From positions 64,001 to 128,000 of the IMG/VR virus record IMGVR_UViG_3300031784_000011: a DNA stretch of 64,000 nucleotides, one strand, 5' to 3'. This DNA is from a virus (Duplodnaviria; Heunggongvirae; Uroviricota; Caudoviricetes). The translations under genes and the position numbers were made by a program. The notes under the pieces were generated by a model. It worked only from the letters and a program-made list of their open reading frames with translations. It was not told where the DNA came from and did no database searches. Below are positions 21,101-30,815 of the stretch, piece by piece (position 1 is the stretch's first letter; each line of letters begins with the position of its first letter).

Positions 21101-24100
21101 TTTGTAGGAGTCACAGTATTAGTAGGAGTCACAGTTGGACTTAATGTGGGAGTTACTGTATTAGTTGGAGTGTTGGTAGGTGTGTTAGTTGGGGTTACTG
21201 TATTTGTCGGGGTATTGGTTGGGGTATTTGTTGGTGTAACGGTGTTGGTCGGAGTGTTTGTGGGAGTATTTGTAGGAGTTACTGTGTTCGTAGGAGTTAC
21301 TGTAGGACTCAATGTTGGTGTTACTGTATTTGTTGGGGTGTTAGTAGGAGTGTTTGTTGGAGTCACCGTGTTTGTTGGGGTATTGGTGGGAGTATTTGTT
21401 GGTGTAACAGTATTTGTTGGGGTGTTAGTTGGGGTGTTGGTAGGAGTTACCGTATTGGTTGGTGTGTTAGTTGGGGTGTTGGTAGGAGTTACCGTATTGG
21501 TTGGTGTGTTAGTAGGAGTGTTTGTTGGTGTAACAGTATTGGTTGGTGTGTTAGTAGGAGTGTTTGTTGGTGTAACAGTATTGGTAGGAGTTACAGTTGG
21601 GGTGTTGGTTGGAGTTACAGTATTAGTAGGCGTATTGGTAGGAGTATTAGTTGGAGTTACTGTATTTGTAGAAGTATTGGTAGGAGTATTGGTAGGGGTG
21701 ACAGTATTGGTGGGCGTATTGGTAGGAGTATTGGTTGGGGTGACTGTATTTGTTGGAGTATTTGTTGGGGTGTTAGTTGGAGTTACTGTATTTGTAGGAG
21801 TATTGGTAGGAGTATTGGTAGGGGTGACAGTATTGGTGGGGGTGTTTGTAGGAGTATTGGTAGGGGTGACAGTATTGGTTGGAGTATTAGTTGGGGTGAC
21901 TGTATTTGTTGGAGTATTTGTTGGGGTGTTGGTAGGGGTGTTGGTAGGAGTTACAGTATTGGTTGGAGTAACTGTATTGGTTGGAGTGTTTGTCGGGGTA
22001 TTTGTAGGTGTCAGTGTCGGTGTTACGGTATTTGTTGGAGTATTAGTAGGAGTGTTAGTTGGTGTAACCGTATTTGTTGGTGTATTTGTGGGTGTATTGG
22101 TAGGAGTAACTGTATTGGTAGCCGTATTGGTAGGAGTGTTGGTTGGTGTATTAGTTGGTGTGACTGTATTGGTCGGAGTTACCGTCGGTGTATTTGTTGG
22201 GGTTACGGTATTGGTAGGGGTTACTGTTGGTGTATTCGTAGGCGTGTTTGTTGGGGTTACGGTATTTGTTGGAGTATTAGTGGGGGTATTCGTAGGTGTA
22301 TTGGTTGGTGTTACGGTGTTAGTTGGGGTATTTGTAGGGGTTTGAGTTGGTGTAACGGTATTGGTTGGAGTCACTGTTGGACTCAATGTTGGCGTTACCG
22401 TATTGGTAGGAGTATTAGTTGGCGTATTGGTAGGAGTAACTGTGTTGGTTGGGGTGTTGGTAGGAGTGTTAGTTGGTGTTACAGTATTAGTTGGTGTGTT
22501 AGTTGGTGTGTTTGTTGGTGTTACGGTGTTCGTAGGGGTGTTAGTAGGTGTCAGTGTTGGGGATACCGTATTGGTAGGAGTGTTAGTTGGTGTATTTGTA
22601 GGGGTTACCGTATTGGTAGGAGTATTAGTTGGTGTATTTGTAGGAGTAGCAGTATTAGTAGGGGTATTTGTTGGAGTATTGGTCGGTGTTACAGTGTTTG
22701 TTGGAGTGTTGGTTGGTGTTACAGTGTTTGTTGGGGTGTTTGTCGGAGTGTTGGTTGGGGTATTCGTTGGTGTTACAGTATTTGTAGGGGTTACGGTGTT
22801 GGTTGGAGTATTGGTGGGGCTTAATGTTGGGGTATTTGTAGGGGTTACGGTGTTGGTTGGGGTCGCTGTTGGAGTCAATGTAGGTGTAACTGTATTGGTT
22901 GGGGTATTGGTAGGAGTATTGGTTGGGGTAACAGTATTGGTAGGAGTAACTGTTGGACTCAATGTAGGAGTAACTGTATTGGTAGGAGTGTTTGTTGGTG
23001 TATTGGTTGGTGTTACAGTATTAGTTGGAGTATTTGTTGGAGTTAAAGTTGGTGTAACAGTTTTTGTTGGTGTATTAGTTGGGGTGTTAGTAGGAGTTAC
23101 TGTATTGGTTGGTGTGTTTGTGGGAGTATTGGTTAATGTAACGGATGGTGTTACAGTGTTGGTTGGTGTTACCGTTGGAGTATTGGTGGGTGTTGGGGTG
23201 CTCGTTGGAGTTGGTGAGGGTAACATTGTATAATCAATGTCACAAGAAGGTGCTGGTGTTGGTGAAACCGTCACAGTTACACTTGGTGTATTTGTTGGAG
23301 TTACAGTATTGGTTGGAGTTACAGTATTTGTCGGGGTGTTTGTGGGGGTAACTGTATTGGTTGGAGTCACTGTTGGACTCAATGTTGGTGTTACAGTGTT
23401 AGTAGGAGTGTTGGTCGGCGTGTTAGTTGGAGTATTGGTTGGTGTTACGGTGTTAGTTGGTGTTACCGTAGGACTCAATGTAGGAGTCACAGTATTGGTA
23501 GGTGTATTGGTTGGAGTATTGGTTGGTGTTACGGTGTTAGTTGGTGTTACCGTAGGACTCAATGTAGGAGTCACAGTATTCGTTGGTGTGTTTGTAGGTG
23601 TATTAGTCGGAGTTACGGTGTTGGTTGGAGTTACGGTATTTGTGGGAGTGTTTGTAGGAGTGTTGGTAGGAGTGTTTGTTGGAGTTACGGTGTTGGTTGG
23701 GGTATTGGTTGGGGTATTGGTTGGTGTAACGGTATTTGTAGGAGTATTTGTAGGTGTCTGAGTTGGAGTTACTGTATTCGTCGGTGTGTTTGTTGGGGTG
23801 TTGGTAGGAGTTACGGTATTGGTAGGACTTAATGTTGGAGTGTTAGTTGGAGTATTTGTTGGAGTTACTGTGTTGGTTGGAGTATTCGTAGGTGTAACCG
23901 TATTTGTTGGTGTATTAGTTGGGGTGTTTGTAGGTGTATTAGTTGGTGTCACAGTTTCTGTTGGAGTCACTGTAACAGTATTGGTTGGTGTGACTGTATT
24001 GGTAGGGGTTACGGTGTTGGTTGGTGTAAGTGTTGGTGTTTCTGTGGGAGTATTTGTTGGTGTGTTGGTGGGGGTATTTGTTGGTGTTTCGGTTGGTGTA

Positions 24101-25539
24101 TTTGTAGGTGTATTAGTTGGAGCTACCGTATTTGTTGGAGTTACAGTTGGAGTGTTAGTTGGGGTAACCGTTGGTGTAACAGTATTGGTAGGAGTATTGG
24201 TTGGGGTTTGAGTTGGTGTAACGGTTGCAGTATTTGTTGGTGTTAGGGTAGGTGTTTCAGTTTGTGTTACAGTGGGTGTATTGGTTGGAGTTACAGTATT
24301 GGTTGGAGTTACAGTTGAGGTATTAGTCGGAGTGTTAGTTGGTGTTATGGTGTTGGTTGGGGTATTGGTAGGTGTTTCGGTAGGGGTAACGGTTGGACTC
24401 AGTGTTGGTGTTACTGTGTTAGTCGGAGTATTAGTTGGGGTGTTGGTTGGTGTTTCGGTAGGGGTAACGGTTAGGGTTACGGTGTTGGTTGGAGTATTGG
24501 TTGGTGTTTCGGTTGGTGTTTCGGTTGGTGTATTAGTTGGGGTAACAGTATTGGTTGGAGTTACAGTTGGGGTAACAGTTGGGGTAACAGTTGGAGTTAC
24601 GGTGTTGGTTGGGGTATTGGTTGGTGTTTCGGTTGGTGTTTCGGTTGGTGTATTAGTTGGGGTAACAGTATTTGTTGGGGTGTTAGTGGGTGTTTCAGTC
24701 GGTGTATTAGTTGGGGTATTGGTTGGTGTTTCGGTAGGGGTTACTGTATGAGTTGGTGTATTGGTAGGTGTTTCGGTAGGGGTTACCGTATTTGTTGGAG
24801 TTACAGTTGGAGTTTCGGTAGGGGTAACTGTATTTGTTGGGGTGTTGGTAGGTGTTTCAGTTGGTGTATTGGTTGGGGTTACCGTATTTGTTGGGGTTAC
24901 AGTTGGAGTTTCGGTCGGAGTAACAGTTGGTGTCTCGGTTGGTGTAACTGTATTCGTAGGAGTTACAGTAGGTGTGTTGGCTGGTGATTCGGTTGGAGTT
25001 ACTGTGTTAGTTGGGGTAACTGTAGGAGTTTCAGTTGGGGTAACCGTTGGGGTATTTGTTGGGGTATTGGTTGGAGTTACTGTGTTAGTTGGAGTAACTG
25101 TAGGAGTTTCAGTTGGGGTAACTGTAGGCTCGTTTGTTGGAGTATTAGTCGGAGTTACGGTATTCGTAGGAGTATTTGTTGGAGTGATAGTATTGGTTGG
25201 GGTAACAGTAGGTGTTTTTGTAACCGTAGGTGTAACAGTAGGGGTTTTGGTAACTGTTGGGGTTGGGGTATTTGAAGTAAAGGTTGTTGGTGTTGGTGTT
25301 AATGATGGTGTAAGTGTTGGTGAAGGTGTAGGTGAAGGTGTAGGGCAAGGAATCTCAGCCACACAAGTTTTATCAAGTGACGGAAAATAAACTGAGTAAG
25401 TACCTAAGTAGTAGTTTGTGTCGTAATAATATGGCATCACGACAGTACCTAAATTCAAGGTACCGCCAGTACAAGGATAAAATGTGATAACACCAATTTC
25501 ACCATCAAAATTACCTGTGTTTATTTTTATTAATGCCAT
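9121..25539 (-). CDS. Giant 5472-aa Thr/Pro-rich mucin-like protein with short N-terminal domain and five C-terminal Cys modules
   Basis: One uninterrupted 16.4 kb ORF: 65-aa N-domain, about 4750 aa of (T/S)-X array, then Cys modules separated by shorter arrays. Third codon positions vary, which fits a real coding sequence. Confidence 0.9.
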   Translation of the reverse strand: MALIKINTGNFDGEIGVITFYPCTGGTLNLGTVVMPYYYDTNYYLGTYSVYFPSLDKTCVAEIPCPTPSPTPSPTLTPSLTPTPTTFTSNTPTPTVTKTPTVTPTVTKTPTVTPTNTITPTNTPTNTVTPTNTPTNEPTVTPTETPTVTPTNTVTPTNTPTNTPTVTPTETPTVTPTNTVTPTESPANTPTVTPTNTVTPTETPTVTPTETPTVTPTNTVTPTNTPTETPTNTPTNTVTPTETPTVTPTNTVTPTETPTNTPTHTVTPTETPTNTPTNTPTETPTNTPTNTVTPTNTPTETPTETPTNTPTNTVTPTVTPTVTPTVTPTNTVTPTNTPTETPTETPTNTPTNTVTLTVTPTETPTNTPTNTPTNTVTPTLSPTVTPTETPTNTPTNTITPTNTPTNTSTVTPTNTVTPTNTPTVTQTETPTLTPTNTATVTPTQTPTNTPTNTVTPTVTPTNTPTVTPTNTVAPTNTPTNTPTETPTNTPTNTPTNTPTETPTLTPTNTVTPTNTVTPTNTVTVTPTETVTPTNTPTNTPTNTPTNTVTPTNTPTNTVTPTNTPTNTPTLSPTNTVTPTNTPTNTPTNTVTPTQTPTNTPTNTVTPTNTPTNTPTNTVTPTNTPTNTPTNTPTNTVTPTNTVTPTNTPTNTPTNTVTPTLSPTVTPTNTVTPTNTPTNTPTNTVTPTLSPTVTPTNTVTPTNTPTNTPTNTPTNTVTPTLSPTVTPTNTVTPTNTPTNTVTPTNTVTPTNTPSVTVTVSPTPAPSCDIDYTMLPSPTPTSTPTPTNTPTVTPTNTVTPSVTLTNTPTNTPTNTVTPTNTPTNTPTKTVTPTLTPTNTPTNTVTPTNTPTNTPTNTVTPTLSPTVTPTNTVTPTNTPTNTPTNTVTPTLTPTATPTNTVTPTNTPTLSPTNTPTNTVTPTNTVTPTNTPTNTPTNTPTNTVTPTNTPTNTVTPTNTPTNTPTNTATPTNTPTNTPTNTVTPTNTPTNTPTNTVSPTLTPTNTPTNTVTPTNTPTNTPTNTVTPTNTPTNTPTNTVTPTNTPTNTPTNTVTPTLSPTVTPTNTVTPTQTPTNTPTNTVTPTNTPTNTPTNTPTNTVTPTNTPTNTPTVTPTNTVTPTNTPTVTPTNTVTPTNTPTNTPTNTATNTVTPTNTPTNTPTNTVTPTNTPTNTPTNTVTPTLTPTNTPTNTPTNTVTPTNTVTPTNTPTNTPTNTPTNTVTPTNTPTNTVTPTNTPTNTPTNTVTPTNTPTNTPTNTVTPTNTPTNTPTNTVTPTNTPTNTPTNTVTPTNTPTNTSTNTVTPTNTPTNTPTNTVTPTNTPTVTPTNTVTPTNTPTNTPTNTVTPTNTPTNTPTNTVTPTNTPTNTPTNTVTPTNTPTNTPTNTVTPTNTPTNTPTNTVTPTNTPTNTPTNTVTPTLSPTVTPTNTVTPTNTPTNTPTNTVTPTNTPTNTPTNTVTPTNTPTNTPTNTVTPTLSPTVTPTNTVTPTNTPTNTPTNTVTPTLSPTVTPTSTVTPTNTPTLSPTNTPTNTVTPTNTVTPTNTPTNTPTNTVTPTLTPTNTPTNTPTNTVSPTNTVTPTNTPTNTPTNTPTNTVTPTNTPTNTPTNTVTPTNTPTNTPTNTVTPTLSPTVTPTNTVTPTNTPTNTPTNTVTPTLSPTVTPTNTVTPTNTPTNTPTNTVTPTQTPTNTPTNTVTPTNTPTNTPTNTVTPTNTPTNTPTNTPTNTVTPTNTVTPTNTPTNTPTNTPTNTVTPTQTPTNTPTKTVTPTLSPTVTPTNTVTPTNTPTNTPTNTVTPTNTPTVTPTNTVTPTNTPTNTPTNTVTPTNTPTNTPTSTVTPTLSPTLTPTNTVTPTLSPTVTPTRTVTPTLTPTNTPTNTVTPTNTPTNTPTNTPTNTVTPTNTVTPTNTPTNTPTNTPTNTVTPTNTPTKTVTPTNTPTNTPTNTVTPTNTPTNTPTNTVTPTNTPTNTVTPTNTPTVTPTNTVTPTLSPTVTPTNTVTPTQTPTNTPTNTVTPTNTPTNTPTNTVTPTNTPTNTVTPTNTPTNTPTNTVTPTNTPTNTPTNTVTPTNTVTPTNTPTNTPTNTVTPTLSPTVTPTNTVTPTNTPTKTVTPTLSPTVTPTNTVTPTQTPTNTPTNTVTPTNTPTNTPTNTVTPTNTPTNTPTNTVTPTLSPTVTPTNTVTPTNTPTNTPTNTVTPTNTPTNTPTNTVTPTNTPTRTVTPTLTPTNTPTNTVTPTNTPTNTPTNTVTPTLTPTVTPTNTVTPTNTPTNTPTNTVTPTNTPTNTPTNTVTPTNTPTNTPTNTVTPTNTPTNTPTNTVTPTNTPTKTVTPTLSPTVTPTNTVTPTNTPTNTPTNTVTPTNTPTNTPTNTVTPTNTPTNTPTNTVTPTLSPTVTPTNTVTPTNTPTNTPTNTVTPTLSPTVTPTNTVTPTNTPTNTPTNTVTPTSTPTRTVTPTLTPTNTPTNTVTPTNTPTNTPTNTVTPTNTPTNTPTNTVTPTNTPTNTPTNTVTPTNTPTRTVTPTLTPTNTPTNTVTPTNTPTNTPTNTVTPTNTPTNTPTNTVTPTLSPTVTPTNTVTPTNTPTNTPTNTVTPTNTPTKTVTPTLSPTVTPTNTVTPTNTPTNTPTNTVTPTNTPTNTPTNTVTPTNTPTNTITPTNTPTKTVTPTLTPTNTPTNTPTNTVTPTNTVTPTNTPTNTVTPTNTPTNTPTNTPTNTVTPTNTPTKTVTPTLTPTNTVTPTNTPTNTPTNTVTPTNTPTNTPTNTVTPTNTPTNTVTPTLSPTVTPTNTVTPTNTPTKTVTPTLTPTNTPTNTVTPTNTPTNTVTPTNTPTNTPTNTVTPTQTPTNTPTNTVTPTNTPTNTVTPTLSPTVTPTNTVTPTNTPTNTPTNTVTPTNTPTKTVTPTLTPTNTPTNTVTPTNTPTNTVTPTLTPTNTPTNTPTNTVTPTNTVTPTNTPTKTVTPTQTPTNTPTNTPTNTVTPTNTVTPTNTPTNTVTPTNTVTPTNTVTPTNTVTPTNTVTPTNTPTRTVTPTLTPTNTPTNTVTPTNTPTNTPTNTVTPTNTPTNTVTPTNTPTNTPTKTVTPTLTPTVTPTNTVTPTNTPTNTNTPTNTPTNTPTNTVTPTNTPTKTVTPTLTPTNTPTNTPTNTVTPTNTVTPTNTPTKTVTPTLTPTNTPTNTVTPTNTPTNTPTNTVTPTNTPTKTVTPTLTPTNTPTNTVTPTNTPTNTPTNTVTPTNTVTPTLSPTNTPTNTVTPTNTPTNTPTNTVTPTNTPTKTVTPTLTPTNTPTNTPTNTVTPTNTVTPTNTPTNTVTPTNTVTPTNTVTPTNTVTPTNTVTPTNTPTKTVTPTLTPTNTPTNTVTPTQTPTNTPTNTVTPTNTPTKTVTPTLTPTNTPTNTVTPTQTPTNTPTNTVTPTNTVTPTNTPTNTPTNTVTPTLTPTNTPTNTVTPTNTPTKTVTPTLTPTNTPTNTPTNSVTPTNTVTPTNTPTNTVTPTNTVTPTNTVTPTNTVTPTNTVTPTNTPTKTVTPTQTPTNTPTNTVTPTNTPTNTPTNTVTPTNTPTKTVTPTLTPTNTPTNTVTPTNTPTKTVTPTLTPTNTVTPTNTPTNTPTNTVTPTNTPTNTVTPTLSPTVTPTNTVTPTNTPTKTVTPTLTPTNTPTNTVTPTNTPTNTPTKTVTPTVTPTNTVTPTNTPTNTPTNTVTPTLSPTVTPTNTVTPTNTPTNTPTNTVTPTNTPTNTPTNTVTPTNTPTNTPTNTVTPTNTPTNTPTNTVTPTNTPTKTVTPTLTPTNTPTNTPTNTVTPTNTVTPTNTPTKTVTPTNTPTNTPTNTPTNTVTPTNTVTPTNTPTNTPTKTVTPTLSPTVTPTNTVTPTNTPTNTVTPTNTPTKTVTPTLTPTNTPTNTVTPTLSPTVTPTNTVTPTNTPTNTPTKTVTPTLTPTNTVTPTLTPTNTPTNTPTNTPTNTVTPTNTVTPTNTPTNTPTKTVTPTLTPTNTPTNTVTPTNTPTRTVTPTLTPTNTPTNTVTPTNTPTNTPTNTVTPTNTPTNTVTPTNTPTKTVTPTLTPTNTPTNTPTNTVTPTNTPTNTVTPTNTPTNTPTNTVTPTNTPTKTVTPTLTPTNTPTNTPTNTVTPTNTVTPTNTPTKTVTPTNTPTNTPTNTVTPTNTPTNTPTNTVTPTNTPTNTVTPTQTPTNTPTKTVTPTLTPTNTVTPTLSPTNTPTNTVTPTNTPTNTPTNTVTPTNTPTNTPTNTVTPTNTVTPTRTPAATVSPTNTPTNTPTNTVTPTNTPTNTPTNTVTPTNTPTKTVTPTFTPTNTVTPTNTPTNTPTNTVTPTNTPTNTPTNTVTPTNTPTNTVTPTRTPAATVSPTNTPTNTPTNTVTPTNTPTNTPTNTVTPTNTPTKTVTPTNTPTNTVTPTNTPTNTPTNTVTPTNTPTNTPTNTVTPTNTPTNTVTPTRTPAATVSPTLTPTNTPTNTVTPTNTPTRTVTPTFTPTNTPTNTVTPTNTPTNTPTNTVTPTNTPTNTVTPTRTPAATVSPTLTPTNTPTNTPTNTVTPTNTVTPTNTPTNTPTKTVTPTFTPTNTPTNTVTPTNTPTNTPTNTVTPTNTPTNTVTPTRTPAATVSPTLTPTNTPTNTPTNTVTPTNTVTPTNTPTNTPTNTVTPTNTPTNTPTNTVTPTNTPTNTVTPTRTPAATVSPTLTPTNTPTNTPTNTVTPTNTVTPTNTPTRTVTPTLTPTNTPTNTVTPTNTPTNTPTNTVTPTNTPTNTVTPTRTPAATVSPTLTPTNTPTNTPTNTVTPTNTVTPTNTPTRTPAATVSPTVTPTNTPTNTVTPTRTPAATVSPTVTPTNTPTNTVTPTLTPTKTVTPTASPQYVAARFESCCPGDTNVYYGQVPLGTLLGTVFYLQDIQLCATYVQQVGPGGTIYTTVQTSCAQCLGETLNFCPSPTPTPTPTRTVTPTNTVTPTNTPTRTVTPTLTPTNTPTNTVTPTRTPAATVSPTVTPTNTPTRTVTPTLTPTNTPTNSVTPTRTPSVTPTNTPTKTVTPTLTPTLTPTSTVTPSPSLQVGYVYLLPCCDGGILGNTISYLSITTNLTYVQSGISQGQTIVINGCCYFVEGYSQTYSPPNFSGVDGYYPPSSFSVDTCETCIGANPCATWIFDLQRCGCCGTTGQYTIQFGCQNGFNPNLLVNRYISINGCCYFVTNSVGPGVPGSAITAYGTYNTCTECETYHPCPSPTPTVTPTVTPTLTPTKTPTNTPTRTVTPTLTPTNTPTNTPTKTVTPTFTPTNTPTKTVTPTFTPTNTPTKTVTPTFTPTNTPTRTVTPTLTPTNTPTNTPTKTVTPTNTPTNTPTPSPVSNPSSTPTPTPTPTPTPTPPCVCESYIITGLGPGNIVNYTTCCGGGTPTEILDPNVYPASGTIEICSCSIPSVLGPYGGEITYDGACGDCLCTDFFVDINDLTASDDNQVYFAYQCCDGTFTTQGYNAPGNYSVCLMRVTNVFILFRGNFVPPIYTSQYTYGTGCGDYCNTFCGEAC
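11101..25344 (-). repeat. Coding low-complexity array of TPTN / TVTPTN / TLSP / TKTV / TPAATVSP units
   Basis: Every second codon is Thr (ACN), or occasionally Ser/Ala, giving a 6-nt NGT periodicity and strong G+T skew on the plus strand. Interrupted once at about 23218-23256. Confidence 0.95.
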
Positions 25540-25579
25540 TTAAATCTACAGTCTTATCTATATCTATTTTTATTATAAA

Positions 25580-25608
25580 AATATACTCATTTATTCGGGT
25601 ATTGTCAA
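25580..25608 (-). promoter_or_regulatory. sigma70-like promoter upstream of the giant gene
   Basis: Minus strand TTGACA (25608-25603), 17-nt spacer, TATATT (25585-25580), in the 90-nt intergenic gap. Confidence 0.6.
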
Positions 25609-25629
25609 CGTCTATTTTTACAGTTTTTA

Positions 25630-28600
25630 TCATGGACAATCAAAAATGGAACTACTTAATTCCTCATTAGTTGGTTCTGTAGGACAATGGTTGGCATCGA
25701 TATAATATTGACCGAGGTTGAATCCAATATTTGGATGTTTATCGTATTTGTGTTTCATCAGAATTTGGTCGCTGTTATTTCCATTGAAAACAACAACAAA
25801 TTCATCAGTTAGTGGTGTATTGTCTAATTCAAAATTTAGATTGAAGTATAATCCTGTATCGCAATAATTTAAGTCGACATCAATTACTTCTATGGTTTTA
25901 CCATATTTGTTTATTAAATAATCCCCATGGTTATATAATTCTTTCGGATGGTCACAACAAGGTTCAATAAAATCTGTTGGTTTTTTTTGTAATTCCTCTG
26001 GGAACCTATCGTCAAAAAAGTAAACACTATTTGTAGGTGTTCCAAAATTTTCAATGATTCTATTTGTATAAACTCTTAGTTGTGTTGTTGGTAAAACTTC
26101 AAAAACTTCATAAGTATTATTTTGGGTTAATCCTGTAATGATACTTTTCTTGATTGATGCTAAACATTCAATGTCTGTAATTTCAAGTTTTTGATAGTTG
26201 TACGTAAATGAATACCCTGATACAGGTCCATTCACAATTTGTTGGTGACTATATTCTGTACATTGTTTGTAAGATGCAGATAAAACATATTCCCCAACAT
26301 TTAAATCACAAACACTTTTACCACTTATCGTACCACCACTAATATAACTTTCAATATTGTCATCTGTAGTTTGGTTGTCAATGGTTAATCCGCTATCAAC
26401 TACTAAAACTATAGAGTCACATTTTAAACCATAGTTAAAGTTTGATTTGTATTCAACTTTTGGTTGTATTGTGTAACCTGTGTAATTGTCACAATATGTT
26501 GCACCTGAAACAACTGAAATTGGGGATGATATTGTTCCTTGGTAACCAACAATACTAAATAATTCTACGTGACTTTTTCCTGATGGTGTTGGACATGGGT
26601 CATGTTCAATTTTGGGTTGTAGACCTTCAATTTTGAATTTTACTTCTTTATTTGCTGCATCTACAATATTAAAATCTATTACATCATTTTCTGAAAAACC
26701 AGTTAATTTATATACACAATCACTAACTTTTTGAATGTAAACATCCGCATTTTCATTTGTTCCACTTACACAATTAGCATAAATGTTAAATGGCCATGTT
26801 GAACCTTGTTGGATACCTGTTTTGTATCCAATTACTTCAAAAAACACATCACTCACTAATGTACATCCACTGTTTGAGTCGCAATAAACGGTATTATCAG
26901 TATAAACTTTAACACTGATTCCATTTGTATTTTTTGTGATTTTGTAATCGGCATCAAATCGATAATCAAAATAGTCGACCACTGAACATTCGTTTGGACC
27001 TAATTTTACGGATGAAAACTTAACTTTTTCAACACCATTTTCATCAGTGTATGTTGTGTATTTTATTAATGGTATTGTTTCTGAAAAATATGTTTGGCCT
27101 GTGGTTCCCGTGAAAGCAGAATAGGGTTCATACCCTGCACTATTTCTTGTAATAGTTACGTCATCAATCAATACAGATAACGCCGATAACCATAGTTCTT
27201 TAATTTTAGTAACATCAGGTTCAAGATAATCTTTATAATCACATATTAAGGAAAGATTTACCGTATCACCACTGGTGACCCCACTTGTACATCCTGTAAA
27301 TGGTTGTGCATCAAATAATTTTGCACTGTTTGAAGTGTTACTTGTTCCACTAACAATCACATACATAGAGGATGTTAGACCCGTGTAGTCGGCCCCACCA
27401 TAAACTGTTCCATCAATTTCAATTACAGGATAGTAAGTAACACCTGTAAGGTTTATTAAACCTCTAAAATTATTTTCTTCACCTAAAATATTTTCTAAAT
27501 CTTCCTCAATTACATTTTCAAAATCAGGGTATAGTTCCTCAATAAATTCTAATGGTTGACAATCATATCTATATTGATATTTTGGTCTACCAAACACGTT
27601 ATTTTCTATTAAATTACCGCCGGTCCATTGAGTGGTTGATGGTACTAATTGTTCAACTAATTGTGGCCAATAAGGTGATAATTTATTAACAAATTCAATA
27701 ACATTTATTTGATTATATGGTGTAAAACCTGTTGTTTGTGATATATAATCTCTATAGACATCTTCTAATTGAATATAATTTTTTTTGTAACGAATTTTGT
27801 TAGAATTTGTTACAAGTCCATGAATAAAGGTGTCTAAAAATTCAGCAAAAGTTTTACCTGTTTGGGGTAATAAAGTATTTGTACCAAAACTTATTAATAA
27901 TTCTCTACTTTGTCTAAAGATATCATAATCTATACCTCGTGATGGTGAGATATAAATTCCAATGTTTTTTCTATTTAAAATTAATAAATAATCATCCTCA
28001 ATTGGTTTTCCGTCTTTATTATCGACCGCGGAAACCAATTCATAACCGGTATCTAAACCTGGTAATGTTCTATATAAATCAAAGTATTCTTCTCCGTATG
28101 TGTAGTTTTTATTCTTTGTTTTAATTGTTTTGGTGTTACCCGTTAGTATTGAGTTACTACTGTCTAAAACGAGTGGAGTACGGTGTGATAATGTAATATC
28201 GTACCATCCTGAACCTTTACCAAAGAATATGTTTTCAGTTTCGTTATATGCTCTTCTTGGTAGTCCAGTTTTTTCGTCTACAGGGTAACCCTCTCTGTCA
28301 AATGTTGTTGACGCTGAGTAGTAAACTTTAGAATATGTGAAACCTGTACTATCAAAGGTGGCGTAAGAATATCTTTTGTTACCTTGAATCGCATCGTATA
28401 TGTCTTGTTGTAAATTAAAACTAGATGGAATTGACGTTACTTTATAAATGTATTCATCAATCCTAATCAAAGGCTCGGGTGCCCCCAAAAATTTTAAAAA
28501 GAAATCAATAGAGGATTTTGTTCCTTTTGATTTATAAATGTGAGCAAGATTTATAAGTAATCTTCGATAAAACTCATACTCAGCTTCAATTAAATTCGTA

Positions 28601-29874
28601 CCGGTTGATACTCCGTCATAATTTGATTGTAATCTTGAATATAAAACATCATTTAGACTATTTTCATCGAATAAATTTAATGTTGATAAACCTAAATTTT
28701 CTGCTAAGTTTTTTAAAAGTACATCAGGTAAATTATTAATTCCATCATAACTTACGTTTCTCATATAAGCTATGTTGTCTATGTATTTCTTTACACTATC
28801 AAAGCTTTGACCATATAATTGAAATACACTTTCAGCTCTTTTATCTTCGGTGTCAAATTCAAATAACTGTGGTGCGGCTAAAAATCTAACCATTAGATTA
28901 GATTTATACACATCTATCTCATCAGCAATATCTTTTAATTTACCAACATATAAATCGTAATCAAAACCGGTTATTTGTATGTTATAACCATCATTAGATA
29001 TTGGCCAAGTTATTACAACATCAACCAAAGATGTTTTTGAATTGTCTTGAACATCTCTCGGTACTTTAAATGATGAAGTATAAATTGGATTTGTTTCTCT
29101 ATTTAAAAGTGATTCCTCTAAATCGTCTAACCCTTCGAAAAATTCTTCAACTAAACCATCGTTTGGTCTTATCAATAAATTTTCTGAATATGTTGAACCA
29201 GTAAATGGTTGTCCATATACCTTTAAGTAAATTCTATTGTTTGTATTCGGTTCGCTGTATTCTAAAATTGGATATGGTGTGTTATTTGTAACAACAACAT
29301 ATTTTGTATAAGACGAATAAAAATTTCTTAATTCGTTTTCAGTTTCTGGTTTAACTACTGAATTAGGCTCAACAAAAACTAAATCAAAAGGATTGAATAT
29401 TTTACTTCTTTCGATGTAAAAAGTTGTGGTATTGGTGCTATCGTTATATGTTATTCCACTAGCACTGTAATTAGAAACACCTATAGGACTGTCCGATAAG
29501 ATTGAAATTCCACCCGGAAACTTGTTTATAATTCTAGTTAATGAAACTAAAATTCTACTTGTTAACGAACCAAATAAAGATTTATCGGCATATTTTTTGT
29601 TGCCCTTAAACCTTACTTCGTCAGTTCTCTTTTTTCTTGGTGTTGCTGATGTTGTTTGAATACCCTCAACCTCTTTTAACGTATCTAATGTTAAAAATTG
29701 AGAGAATGGGTTACTCGTAAAATTTTTAGAATCTTTGTCAGGGATAGACTTATCAAGCGCAAATACGGTGTTGGTTAGTGCAGATGAACCATCAGTTATC
29801 TGTCTACCAACTAAGAAATCATTAAATGTTTCCGCTCCGCTTGACGCTTGACTCGGTACTTTTCTCCTTGCCAT
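25630..29874 (-). CDS. Baseplate wedge protein, T4 gp7 / P2 gpI-like, with long C-terminal extension
   Basis: LPDVLLKNLAENLGL...YRRLLINLAHIYKSKGTKSSIDFFLKFLG matches the gpI/gp7 KGT motif. Cys-rich C-terminal half. Confidence 0.65.
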   Translation of the reverse strand: MARRKVPSQASSGAETFNDFLVGRQITDGSSALTNTVFALDKSIPDKDSKNFTSNPFSQFLTLDTLKEVEGIQTTSATPRKKRTDEVRFKGNKKYADKSLFGSLTSRILVSLTRIINKFPGGISILSDSPIGVSNYSASGITYNDSTNTTTFYIERSKIFNPFDLVFVEPNSVVKPETENELRNFYSSYTKYVVVTNNTPYPILEYSEPNTNNRIYLKVYGQPFTGSTYSENLLIRPNDGLVEEFFEGLDDLEESLLNRETNPIYTSSFKVPRDVQDNSKTSLVDVVITWPISNDGYNIQITGFDYDLYVGKLKDIADEIDVYKSNLMVRFLAAPQLFEFDTEDKRAESVFQLYGQSFDSVKKYIDNIAYMRNVSYDGINNLPDVLLKNLAENLGLSTLNLFDENSLNDVLYSRLQSNYDGVSTGTNLIEAEYEFYRRLLINLAHIYKSKGTKSSIDFFLKFLGAPEPLIRIDEYIYKVTSIPSSFNLQQDIYDAIQGNKRYSYATFDSTGFTYSKVYYSASTTFDREGYPVDEKTGLPRRAYNETENIFFGKGSGWYDITLSHRTPLVLDSSNSILTGNTKTIKTKNKNYTYGEEYFDLYRTLPGLDTGYELVSAVDNKDGKPIEDDYLLILNRKNIGIYISPSRGIDYDIFRQSRELLISFGTNTLLPQTGKTFAEFLDTFIHGLVTNSNKIRYKKNYIQLEDVYRDYISQTTGFTPYNQINVIEFVNKLSPYWPQLVEQLVPSTTQWTGGNLIENNVFGRPKYQYRYDCQPLEFIEELYPDFENVIEEDLENILGEENNFRGLINLTGVTYYPVIEIDGTVYGGADYTGLTSSMYVIVSGTSNTSNSAKLFDAQPFTGCTSGVTSGDTVNLSLICDYKDYLEPDVTKIKELWLSALSVLIDDVTITRNSAGYEPYSAFTGTTGQTYFSETIPLIKYTTYTDENGVEKVKFSSVKLGPNECSVVDYFDYRFDADYKITKNTNGISVKVYTDNTVYCDSNSGCTLVSDVFFEVIGYKTGIQQGSTWPFNIYANCVSGTNENADVYIQKVSDCVYKLTGFSENDVIDFNIVDAANKEVKFKIEGLQPKIEHDPCPTPSGKSHVELFSIVGYQGTISSPISVVSGATYCDNYTGYTIQPKVEYKSNFNYGLKCDSIVLVVDSGLTIDNQTTDDNIESYISGGTISGKSVCDLNVGEYVLSASYKQCTEYSHQQIVNGPVSGYSFTYNYQKLEITDIECLASIKKSIITGLTQNNTYEVFEVLPTTQLRVYTNRIIENFGTPTNSVYFFDDRFPEELQKKPTDFIEPCCDHPKELYNHGDYLINKYGKTIEVIDVDLNYCDTGLYFNLNFELDNTPLTDEFVVVFNGNNSDQILMKHKYDKHPNIGFNLGQYYIDANHCPTEPTNEELSSSIFDCP

Positions 29875-30791
29875 TATTCTGTTATAGTATCAAAGTTTAA
29901 GGTTTCGTCTACGTCATTTCTTTCTTCACGAATCTCATATAATGTTTCATTAAATTCGTCTTTAACTTCGTAAAGATTGTATTGTCTATAGATGTTATTA
30001 TTATTGTCATAGATGGTATAGATACCTTGTGAAACCGCTTTACTTTGATTACCATAAAGAGCATGTGCCAATGTTGAAGCATCATGTTCAACCATTTCTA
30101 CCTCAATTGTGGTGGGATTTAAATATGTGTTTGTTAATATGATTTTTTGTGATGGTACACCAATAAATGGAACCGTATTTGGTTTATTTGTTGGTGCTGA
30201 AGATGGTGTTACTGTTAAAAACATCAAATTGGTTGCCTGTTCACTATACTGATATCTGATAGCTTTTTGTGATGTACTTGTTAAATTTGAAACAATTGGT
30301 GTACAGTAGAACGAAGATGTTACGATTCTATAAAAATTTGGAATTTTTTTATTGTCAGATGAATTAATGTACTCAATTCTATATCCAACAAGTCCTTGTG
30401 GTGTAAATTTATTTCTATCATCAGCAGGAACATTGGATAAGTCAATGACCAATCCTCTAACTGAAGGTAGAGACGCTAAAATTCCACAATCAGTAATTGA
30501 AGTTCTTATTTGTTTTGGTCTTATATGGAGTGTGTATACACCTAAATCCGCAAAATCGGATGCGGTTAATTTTAAGTTGTACAATCCACCTAAGATTTCA
30601 ACATTAGGTGCTGAAGTATCATCCGTGGTGTTCGAATTATGATAAACAGGGGTTAATACTTCAGCTGAACTTAATTTCTTAAGAGTAACAGTCGAAGTGC
30701 TATTTCTATCCGCAACGTAATGAAAATAAATTTCAACGTCTTCGGGTGACACATCTGATGGTCTAATTATACCGTAACTACCTACTGCCAT
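29874..30791 (-). CDS. Hypothetical, probable virion/baseplate protein (305 aa)
   Basis: Translationally coupled (TAATG) to the gp7-like gene; TATTTAT upstream. Confidence 0.7.
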   Translation of the reverse strand: MAVGSYGIIRPSDVSPEDVEIYFHYVADRNSTSTVTLKKLSSAEVLTPVYHNSNTTDDTSAPNVEILGGLYNLKLTASDFADLGVYTLHIRPKQIRTSITDCGILASLPSVRGLVIDLSNVPADDRNKFTPQGLVGYRIEYINSSDNKKIPNFYRIVTSSFYCTPIVSNLTSTSQKAIRYQYSEQATNLMFLTVTPSSAPTNKPNTVPFIGVPSQKIILTNTYLNPTTIEVEMVEHDASTLAHALYGNQSKAVSQGIYTIYDNNNNIYRQYNLYEVKDEFNETLYEIREERNDVDETLNFDTITE

Positions 30792-30802
30792 GTTTTTTTA
30801 TA

Positions 30803-30809
30803 ATAAATA
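30803..30809 (-). promoter_or_regulatory. TATTTAT putative late-promoter motif
   Basis: 11 nt upstream of ATG 30791. Confidence 0.55.
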
Positions 30810-30815
30810 TGAAAA

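Noticed and set aside
11101-25344. Array considered as CRISPR or non-coding satellite DNA
   Set aside because: There is no constant repeat with unique spacers. Variation is concentrated at third codon positions and a 14 kb reading frame is preserved.
11101-25344. TxT pattern considered as an ice-binding or ice-nucleation beta-solenoid, and PAAT as antifreeze glycoprotein
   Set aside because: Pro about every fourth residue is incompatible with TxT beta-solenoids, the AGYGST-type InaZ repeat is absent, and AAT units are rare. Not excluded experimentally, but unsupported.
2495-25390. Many long plus-strand ORFs rich in V/G/L (up to 694 aa) that look like membrane proteins
   Set aside because: They are antisense shadows of the Thr-Pro-Thr-Asn repeat. 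Their stops fall wherever the real protein has TQT. They have no plausible starts, promoters or non-repetitive domains.
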